From Octopus sinensis (taxonomy: Eukaryota): DNA of 64,000 nucleotides. Positions 54,136-64,000 of the stretch are shown here, piece after piece. How positions within the stretch are numbered: position 1 is the first letter of the stretch; every line of letters starts with the position of its first letter. The notes beneath the pieces were generated by a model, which did not search any database, was not told the origin of the DNA, and saw nothing but the letters and a program-made list of their open reading frames with translations. The DNA is taken from assembly GCF_006345805.1 (NCBI RefSeq), contig NC_043005.1:20150001-20214000 (forward strand), in the 5' to 3' direction. The position numbers and the translations under genes are program-made.

Positions 54136-55339
54136 CGTAACTTGCAAGACAAGGAATTTTTGAGAGGGAAGGGGACATTGGAGGAGGTTAATCTTGTGTC
54201 AGATGATGAATGGTTAGAGTGTGGCAGAGACAGAAACTGGTGTCTTGCCTTAAAGGAGGTACATTCTTACCCACCCAGAGAGACACAGAGAGAGTCTTCT
54301 ATTACTGGAATAAACCAAAGAACTTGTCAAGAGTATGACTTGTGTATATACGTGATGACGATGCTGCTATTTATTCCGCATAATTGAAAATTATTGCATA
54401 ATGTTATTTTAGTTGTTGTTATTGCTGTTTCAGCCCTGGGCATTCCTTTTTATCAGCATTGTGTATCTAGGATTACATTATCCAATGTTTGCATCCTTTT
54501 TTTAAAATACATTACATGGGAATTAAGGAGAAGGGAGAAGGAGACTTGGAGAGAAAGTTAGAGATGGAGAGATAGTGGTGGATATTTTTCAGGACGTACT
54601 CGCAAGACACAGCGGGGGAGAATATAGATGAGGTGATATAGAGGATAGGACTGAGTGAGTGATCGGGGGGAACAGAGGGTAAAATTTCATAAGAAAGTGA
54701 GAGGAGATGGTTAGATGAGATAGAGGTGGTTGTAGTAATTGAAGGTGAAAGGTACAGGAATGACTCAGGGGGACACCTTATGTTGTTTTATGGACACACT
54801 GGCAAACTGTTCAGAGACAGTTTAAATGATTTGTTTTATTTCTTAGGAAATTTAACCTCATGAAAGAGAAAGATAATGATTAATAAAGATATAAAATTAT
54901 TTTTATATAAAGGTTCCCTAAGGTATAAAATGTATGTCAAGGGTCCTTAAGAGTAAAAAGACTGGGGTATGCTGTTCTCTAGTTTCTCTTTAGGTCTCTA
55001 GCCATGATATCAACACAGCCCAGTGGTAGTGGTGTTTTAATTGTTTGGTTTTGTTGTAATCATCTATTCTACTTATCGTGTGTCAAATCTTTTCTCTCCA
55101 TTAGATCTGCATACAACTTCCAAGTGGTCCAGTTATATCTAAATCAGCTATATACAATAAGGTCACCTAAATGTTGGTTACCTCATCATTATTGCAAGAC
55201 ATGCTTTTGTGGAAGAAGCTTGTGATTCTCAATGAAGGAAAATATATTGTTGAGATTTTGACTGGGACAATGAGATTGCCAAGTGATTTTTTCCACTTTC
55301 TCTCTTTTCTTTCACTTATTTATCTCTCTCTCTCCCCTC

Positions 55340-55472
55340 CGTCTCTCCCTGCCCCTCATCTCTCTCTCCCTGCCCCTCATCTCTCTCTCCCTGCCTCTCA
55401 TCTCTCTCCCCGTCCCTCATCTCTCTCCCTGCCCCTCATCTCTCTCTCCTCCCCTCTCTTCCCGCCCCTCAA

Positions 55473-55475
<3 letters not shown>
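55340..55475. repeat. 19-bp minisatellite CTCTCTCCCTGCCCCTCAT
   Basis: About six copies visible. Confidence 0.8.
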
Positions 55476-55524
<49 letters not shown>

Positions 55525-56214
55525 CTTTCTCTCTGTCTTTCCCTTCTCATCTCATCATCATCATCATCATTTAGCATTCGCTTTCCATGCAGGCATGGGT
55601 TAGACAGTTTGATTGGAACTAGTAAGCTGGAGAGCTGTACCCAGTTCCAGTCTGATCCAGCATGGCTTCTACAGCTGGGTACCCTTCTGCAGCTGAGTAC
55701 CCAACCACCCCAAGAGTATGTGTCACCAGCACAGGTGCTTTTACATGTCACTACCATGGGTGCTGGTTATGTGACATTGGCATTGGCCATGACTATGATT
55801 TCAAGCATCAGCCACTGCTATGATTTCAAATACACACACACACATATATGTATACTCTTGCTTTCATTCATTTTTTCCTTTTTCTCTTGTTCTCTCTTTC
55901 TTTTCCTTGTCTCTTCTGTCTCTCACTTGCTCTCATCCTCTCTGCCTCCATCAGATACACACATGCTATCCACCTATCTATCTCTCTTGCTAACTTCTTC
56001 TTATGCATGCTCCCACTTCAAAGACAATTATACCGAACACCAGTTGAAGAGAAACAATGAATATAAAGAGAAGACGTACGAATAACTTGCAGTTGACATC
56101 CAACATACACGTCACAACAAATCTCTGTCTTTGCAGCTATGGAAATTCCAAGAAATAACAACTCATGTTTATTTCTTTATCTTTTGTCATGCAAGTCAAG
56201 AAGGGAGCCTCTAT

Positions 56215-56415
56215 GTTGTTGCTTCAAGAATGCTAGAAACAGCAGCCAAATCTCCTTAATTCCCATGGTAATGTATTTTAAAAAAGGATGCAGACGTTGG
56301 ATAATGTAATCCTAGATACTCAATGCTGATAAAACAGAATGCCGAGGGCTGAAATGCTTTGACAATATAACTCTTCGGGATCAGAGCTGGCTTGGGGCTA
56401 AACAACAACAATAAC
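56215..56415 (+). mobile_element. Old interspersed repeat with (AAC)n tail
   Basis: GCTAGAAA.AGCAGCCAAAT...GCTG.C.TGGGGCTAAACAACAAC; fragments also near 24170, 29040, 30540, 32150, 43620, 45850, 48830 and 62690-62950. Confidence 0.6.
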
Positions 56416-56891
56416 TAAAAATAACATTAAGCAATAATTTCCAATTATCTGGAATATAGAGCAGTATTGTCGTCACATGTGTACACTAGCCATACTCTTG
56501 ACAAGTTCTCTGGTTTATTCCAGCAATAGAAGACACTGGAGACATACGTCATTGGATAATTAGTAACACCTTTAGCTGGAAATACATAAGTGTGTGTGTG
56601 TGTGTGAGTGTACATAAACATATGAATAGACAGACAGACAGACAGACAGATGTTTAATTATATTGTGTACTCCAGATTGTGTACTAGAGATAGGTGTTAT
56701 AGTAATTAGTAACACACCCAACTAATAGTTTACTTTTATCAACTTTCTCTCTCTCCCTTTCTCTCTTGCTCCTTTTCTCCCTCTCTCTCTTCCTGTCTCT
56801 CCTCCTCCTCCTTCCTTTTCTCCCTCTCTTCTCTCTCTCTCACACACACTCACATGCACACAGATATGCATGTGTGTGTGTGTGTGTGTGT

Positions 56892-57285
56892 GTCATATCT
56901 GTGTGGTTTAGAAGTTGCTTCTGAACCATGTGATTTCAGGTTCAGCCCCACTGCATGGCACCTTGGGCAAGTGCCTTCCACTATAACCCTATGCAGATCA
57001 AAGCCTTGTGAGTAGATCTGGTAAAAAGAAATTGAAAGAAACCCGTAGTATATGTTTGTGCCTTCTTGTCTTAACATGTAATAGCTGTAAACGAGCATCA
57101 CCTTCATACATACAAGCAGAGTCGTTTGTTTCCACTCTTCCATCAAAACATGTCTGGCTTATGAGAAAATATTGCCTTGCTTGGAAATAAGTGAGGGTTG
57201 GTGACAGGAAGGGCATCCAACCATAAGAATCTGCCTCAACAACTCTCATCAGCCTCATACAGGCATTAAAAAGGGAACACTAAAA
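56892..57285 (+). mobile_element. SINE with OK-like head and RTE-derived 3' tail
   Basis: Head GCACCTTGGGCAAGTG core; tail GGTTGGTGACAGGAAGGGCATCCAACC. Confidence 0.75.
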
Positions 57286-58607
57286 TACTGATATACATAT
57301 GTATATATGTGTGTATATATTTCTGTGTTTACAAAGATGTACGCATGTATAAGTAAGTATATATTTATACCTGTATACATACATACGTATGTACGTATGT
57401 GTATGTGTGTGTGTTAGTATGCATACACACTACAATCTGACAAAAGCACAAGAATAAAACTGTAAGCTTTTGAGTCACTCCTATAGCTATCTCAGCTTGT
57501 GGAAATAAAAACCTTCTAGTGCTGGTGCCATGATAAAATGTGCCCTTGTTTGCATGAGAAGTGTTCTCTTTATACAACATTTTCATTATACAAACTGTGA
57601 TATGAAGGGTATTTGATAGGTATTCTAATAAGTCTTGTAGATATGTAGGTGCTCCCTTGTATGCATAAATTTTACAATAAATGCAAGGGAAATACTGCAT
57701 AACAGGTGTCAGTTACAACATCCATTGGAAGATCTTAGCCAATCTTAGCCCTACACCAATGGCAATGGAAAATGCGGTCTTTGTGATATGGAAAGATGGC
57801 TCATCTGGAAAAGCAGCTTAGACCCCACTACATGTCTGAATTCAAGAACTGAACTTTTCAGATCATGCCCAACGTGGCTAAATATTTGTTGTGTTTTTGG
57901 TCCTCCCGAGATTACAGATAGGACTTGCTTTCTATATTGTGTCCACATACAAGCTTTTTATCTCTTTATACTTTTTACTTATATTTCTTATATATTTTTA
58001 TATATATTTATATATTTTTTATTCATATATATTTACATATTTATAGAGATATTGTTTCATAGGTTTATTGCTCATATATTTTTACACATTTTTTCTGTAT
58101 TCTACCTTCCACCCTACATTTTCCCTGTGCGTATATAGATATGTATATGGAATCTCTTGTGCACGCATGTGGATGTGTGCGTGCGCAGGTATGTGCGTAT
58201 GTAGATGTGTGAGTGTGTGTGTGCATGCGTGTATGTGCATATATAGACATATTTTACTCATTATTTTTTATACATCTTTTACACATTTTCCTGTATTTTG
58301 TCTTTAGCCCTGTTTTTTATTGTGCATGTGTGTATATAGACGTGTGTATGAACTTTTTTTGCGTGCGTGTGTGTGCATATATAGACGTGTGTGGGTATGC
58401 ACATATATAGACGTCTGTGTGTGCATGCATACAGGTATGTGCATATATAGACGTGTTTTACTCTTATTGCTTATTTTTTAATACTTCTTTACTCTATTTT
58501 CTGCATTGTTACCCTTAGCCCTGTTTTTTCTTGTGCATGTGCATATATAGACATGTGTATGAACTGTTTTGGGTGCGTGTGTGTGTGGGATTGTGTGTAT
58601 ATATATA

Positions 58608-58885
58608 TGCCAGCCTCGTCTGGCACCTGTGTTGGTGGCACATAAAAAACACCATCCGAGCGTGGCCGTTCGCCAGCCTCGTCTGGCACCTGTGTCGGTG
58701 GCACATAAAATCACCCACTACACTCTCAGAGTGGTTGGTGTTAGGAAGGGCATCCAGCTGTAGAAACACTGCCAGATCTGACTGGCCTGGTGCAGCCTTC
58801 GGGCTCCCCAGACCCCAGTTGAACCGTCCAACCCATGCTAGCATGGAAAGCGGATGTTAAACGATGATGATGATGATGATGATGA
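58608..58885 (+). mobile_element. RTE 3' UTR fragment
   Basis: Two hairpin units plus the standard tail. Confidence 0.9.
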
Positions 58886-58896
58886 TATATATATAT

Positions 58897-58935
<39 letters not shown>

Positions 58936-59318
58936 CGAATGGTATGGGTGAGAATGAGTGTGTTTCAAGTGAGGGTGGATCAGTTTATACTTATAAGCGC
59001 ATGTACGTGGGTGTGTGGGCGCACATGTGTAGGTATGGACATGCGCTCTTATGCAAATACTATGAAAATTTTTACCCCCTTACTTTTACTCCCTCCCCTC
59101 ACTTAGCGGTCATTCAAATAGCTCGTTTGTTTTAATAACGGTCAATCACACAGTAATTTCCCTTTGTTTAATGGTCATTTTCATAGCATTTTTTTCCGAT
59201 GGCCAGTTAACTGAAGAGATGGCGACGTGGATTTCCACCCCGACATCCAAAACTCGGAATTTTATCATGGCTACCAAATAATTGTCACATATTACATTTA
59301 CATATATATATATATGTG

Positions 59319-59375
<57 letters not shown>

Positions 59376-59377
<2 letters not shown>

Positions 59378-59548
59378 GATGGGCTTCTTTCAGTTTCTGT
59401 CTATCAAATCCACTCAAAAGGCTTTTGTTGACCTGAGCCTATAGTAGAAGACACCTGCCCAAGGTGCCACACAGTGGGACTGAACCTGGAACCATGTGGT
59501 TGGTAAGCTGGTAAGCAAGCTACTTACCACACAGCCAATCCTGTGCCT
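59376..59548 (-). mobile_element. tRNA-SINE (OK-like) 5' half
   Basis: Matches the family head. Confidence 0.85.
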
Positions 59549-59880
59549 ATGAGTATGCATGCTTTAATTCTTTCAAGTCTTCGGAAGTCCTTTGCATTCG
59601 ATGCACATATCTCACAGTTCACATACAAATATCCTACAATCTGAGAGGGAAATACTTAGGAACCAGTTCTCACTCTGGATCCTATATCTTCTGACCATCT
59701 ACTTCCACTGCTTATTAGGTCTTCTAATAAACAGAAACTATCAACTGTTTCTCGGGGTCTTTCCAGATATTTGAAACAAAGTATTCCCCATATGTTTTTA
59801 GTACTTGTTACTCCTTCTCATTTGACAAAGTCTGCCTTCTACAATAGCCTGTCTCTTTCCAGCTCAACAGTAAGACACCT

Positions 59881-59988
59881 CAGTTCTATATTCAAGAGAT
59901 GAGGAATTACTATTTACATTATTTACATTCGACAGATAGTTGTCCTCATCTTGTTTGTTGTTAACACGTTTCAGCTGATATACCCTCC
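59881..59988 (-). mobile_element. Third, 5'-truncated copy of the hammerhead-tail SINE
   Basis: GGAGGGTATATCAGCT-GAAAC-GTGTT-AACAACAAACAAGATGAGGACAA...ATAGAACTG. Confidence 0.85.
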
Positions 59989-60195
59989 ACACACACCCAT
60001 CACACACACACATACAACCACCACACACACACACATCATACATACAAACAAAACTGTCCAACAAACGGGAACATGAAACTCTGAATAACAGTTTTTGTGA
60101 TATTTTTGCTTGTTTTAATAAAGCATATTACTCTATCTCTGGTATTCGAGTACTATTTTTTCTATCTTGTTTCACATTTATGTGCTTACTCTGGT

Positions 60196-60237
<42 letters not shown>

Positions 60238-60238
60238 A

Positions 60239-60658
60239 GGTGCAGGAGTGGCTGTGTAGTAAGTAGCTTGCTTACCAACCACATGGTTCCAAGTTCATTC
60301 CCACTGTGTGGCACCTTGGGCAAGTGTCTTCTACTAAGCCTTGGGTTGACCAAAGCCTTGTGAGTGGATTTGGTAGACGGAAACTGAAAGAAGCCCATCC
60401 TATAAATGTATGTATATATATATATATATATATGTGTGTGTATATGTTTGTGTGTCTGTGTTTGTCCCCCCAACATCACTTGACAACCGATGTTGGTGTG
60501 TTTACATTCCCGTAACTTAGCAGTTCGGCAAAAGAGACCGATAGAATAAGTACTAGGCTTCCAAAGAATAAGTCCTGGGGTCGATTTGCTCAACTAAAGG
60601 CGGTGCTCCAGCATGGCCGCAGTCAAATGATTGAAACAAGTAAAAGAGTAAAAGAGTA
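60239..60658 (+). mobile_element. Full-length tRNA-SINE (OK-like)
   Basis: Same structure as 49385-49788. Confidence 0.9.
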
Positions 60659-60702
<44 letters not shown>

Positions 60703-61106
60703 CATATATTGCACATATGTGTGTATTTGTAAGTATGTGTAGTGAATGTGAATACATTCTTTTATATTATAGTTCATGGTATGTAGCATTACTAACAACC
60801 TGACAAAAGCCATGCATGCATGTAACAGGTATTTCAGAAACTTAATTATAATTTTAACCTATTAGATATAGTAACTGTGACAGGTGAAATGGCACGCTTT
60901 CATTTTAATGTGTGACTTAATACAGAGGTCATGTGTACTTTCAGGGTACCCCAGCCATGCAGATTTCTTGTGCACTAAAGGTGAAAAGACTAATAGGCGG
61001 GGGGAAAGTGGATTGGATTTTCTACCAAATATTAGTGGTAGTTTCTTCTAATGTATTGCAAATAACAGATATATATGTGTGTGTGTATGTATGTGTGTGT
61101 GGTGTG

Positions 61107-61161
<55 letters not shown>

Positions 61162-61235
61162 GTATGTGTGTGAGGATAACAAGATCAATAGTGCTGGTGT
61201 GTATTTATGTATATGGATAGATATTGATTTCATAT

Positions 61236-61408
61236 GTAGGTGCAATGACAAATTCAAGGTGTAATCAAGTGATTACATTCACACCATCCCATTTCTCCCA
61301 TTATCATCATCATCATCATCCATTAAATGATGATGATGATGATGGGGGGAAATGGGATTGTGTGAATGTAATCACTTGATTATACCTTGAATTTGTCATT
61401 GCACCTAC
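61236..61408. repeat. Near-perfect 173-bp palindrome centred on (CAT)n/(ATG)n
   Basis: GTAGGTGCAATGACAAATTCAAGG... / ...CCTTGAATTTGTCATTGCACCTAC. Confidence 0.95.
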
Positions 61409-61470
61409 GTGAAACCCAGAAGGATGGAAGGTTAAATTAGCCTCAATAATATTTGAACTTTGAAAATAAA

Positions 61471-61765
61471 TGCAGGAGTGGCCGTGTGGTAAGTAGCTTG
61501 CTTACGAACCACATGGTTCCGGGTTCAGTCCCACTGCGTGGCACCATGGGCAAGTGTCTTCTACTATAGCCTCGGGCCGACCAAAGCCTTATGAGTGGAT
61601 TTGGTAGACGGAAACTGAAAGAGGCCCGTCGTATATATATATATATGTATGTGTATATGTTTGTGTGTCTGTGTTTGACCCCCAACATCGCTTGACAACC
61701 GATGCTGGTGTGTTTACGTCCCCGTAACTTAGCGGTTTGGCAAAAGAGACCGATAGAATAAGTAT
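61471..61765 (+). mobile_element. tRNA-SINE (OK-like), 3'-truncated
   Basis: Family head and body. Confidence 0.9.
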
Positions 61766-61982
61766 TAATGGCATGTCTGTGTGTGCATATGTGTATAGAT
61801 TGGAAACCAAAAGAACTGAGTACTCTAGTGTAAGACAGTAGAGAGTATTTGTGTTTTAAAATGAAATTATTCAGTATGTCACGTACTTACCAATCTCAAC
61901 TTCACACTTCTATGAAGACACTTTGAGTTGTAATTACGTGACATGTTAAACTTCTCAGCATAAAGTTATGTGTGTGTATATG

Positions 61983-62016
<34 letters not shown>

Positions 62017-62315
62017 CATGTAAAAATGTGTTTGAAAAACATTACTGATACATACACACACATATATATATATACTATGTAAAAAATGTATACATTTATT
62101 ATATATATACACATACACACATATATGTAAAAGTGTATACTTAAATATGTGCAAATATGTATACATTTTTACATGTATGTATAAATACACATGCATACAT
62201 AATTATGTATGTGTAAATATATATGCATATAACTCACATACACACACACACACACAGTTATACATATCTTGAGAAGTTCATTATACCAGTAATTGATATG
62301 TGCACTACTTTTATT

Positions 62316-62365
<50 letters not shown>

Positions 62366-63534
62366 TATTATTATTATTATTATTAACCAACTAGTTAACT
62401 GATCAAGTAGTTAATTTATCAATTGTTTGATTAATTGATTAATTGTTTTGTTAATCAATCAACAAGCTGATTGATTAATTGTATATATACACGTGTAAAT
62501 GAGTGTAAGTACATTTAAAACATACATATTTAAAATATACACACACATATATTTATATGTATACATTTATGTATATATATATATTTATTATCACCTGTTT
62601 ATCATTGTTCCTCTTGATTTTATGCAAAATGATAAACCGGTGATAGTAAATATGTTAAATAAGAGAGATCCATCTCCCTGATCCAATTTTAACATCCATT
62701 TTGCTATGCTTGCAGGAGAGATTGGGTTTCCTCCAGATCAAAGTGACCCAATATAGGCTCTCTCATTAGCTCATAAACAGTTGTTGTTGTTGTTGTTGTT
62801 GTTGTTGCTTAGTCCCAGGTAAGCCTTGATCCAGCATATCTCAGCCATGACCATCCCATTTGGTGCATGTGTATGTCCTTCCCTTTTTAAGATGGTACGA
62901 TGTAATTTGAGGAAGATTAGGCTGCTATTCAGGCCAAAGAGATACTTTAGATGCTCTTTCATTGGCTCAAATTCGTTACATTTATCATAGCACAATCTAT
63001 GAAATGTGAAACAGATGGCTGGAACCCTAGAAGTAAAACATTAAATCAATAAACTTCCTTTGCTCTGAATATCAGACGACTAGGCACGTGTATGGTATAG
63101 GCACAGGCATGGGTGCGTGGTTAAGAAATTTGCTTTCCAACCACACAGCCTGGGGTTCACTCTTACTACATGAAACTTTGGACAAGTGCTTTTTATTATA
63201 ACCCCAAGCAGACATGCCTTGTGAGTGAATTTGGTAGATGGAAACTGAATGAATCTCATCAATGTGTGCATGTGAAAGAGAAAGAAACAGAGCAGTTATG
63301 ATCATAAGATTGTAGTTTTGATTCATGGAATGGGCAATGCATTGTGTTCTTGAACAAATTCTTCATTTCACATTGCTCTGGTTCATTCGGCTGCCAAAAA
63401 TGAGTAATCCTGCAATGGAGAAGCATTCCCCAGGGCAGGGAATAAGTAAGACACAGAATCAGGGAAACTGGTGTTACGAGCCTATTGCTTAGTGAAGGAC
63501 CTTTGATCTTTTTGGTATATATATATATATATAA

Positions 63535-63784
63535 AATAAATGTGCCCTTTTAAAGCCTAGCCAGGCTCATGGGCCCAGTTTCCCAGTTTCAATGGCATAT
63601 GTGCTCCCCAGCTAGACAGGACACCAGTTGGTCGCAGCGTAACTCATTTTTGCCAGCTGAGTGGACTGGAGCAACGTGAAGTGAAGCGTTTTGCTCAAGA
63701 ACACAATGTGTTGCCCAGTCCAGGAATTGAAACCACAATCTTACGATCATAATGCTGACACCCTAACCACTAAGCCATGCACCT

Positions 63785-63786
<2 letters not shown>
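63535..63786 (-). mobile_element. tRNA-SINE with the same head and core as 6204-6525 but a different tail
   Basis: TGGCTTAGTGG A box; GTTGCTCCAGTCCACTCAGCTGGCAAAAATGAGTT shared, then the sequences diverge. Confidence 0.8.
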
Positions 63787-63877
<91 letters not shown>

Positions 63878-64000
63878 GTCAAGGTAGTAAATGCTAAAAT
63901 AATTTTATCATAATATATACATATATATATATATGTTATATTTATGCACATATACATATTTGATATATATGTATATATATGTATATATATTTATTTATGT

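Noticed and set aside
55171-56085. 304-aa ORF, the longest non-RT ORF
   Set aside because: It reads through a minisatellite, microsatellites and the antisense strand of an RTE tail; no domain is recognisable.
60050-60100. GTCC...GGAAC-ATGAAAC-TCTGA-ATA, a possible 3' half of another hammerhead
   Set aside because: No CUGANGA half is present (the upstream sequence is (CA)n), so it cannot be supported from this copy.

Overview
AT-rich, repeat-saturated eukaryotic DNA. The SINE families, RTE tails and extreme microsatellite density suggest an octopus or other cephalopod genome (inference). No host protein-coding gene can be supported, and most ORFs in the supplied track are microsatellite read-throughs. 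The window contains: a dead 5'-truncated RTE LINE with a PHD-type finger inside its RT; a Tc1 element and mariner remnants; a Merlin-like fragment; R4/Dong-like and CR1/Jockey-group LINE 3' ends; a Penelope-like (PLE) remnant; many tRNA-derived SINEs; and many TA- or TTAA-flanked MITEs. The most interesting signal, read by eye, is a set of at least five unrelated short-element families each carrying a minimal PLE-type hammerhead ribozyme motif. These include natural core variants (U3-A8 and A6U) and a tRNA/Pol III-headed SINE with a hammerhead-containing tail, present as a head-to-head inverted pair at 24833-25487. All folds were paired by hand and no database searches were run. Most element boundaries are approximate.
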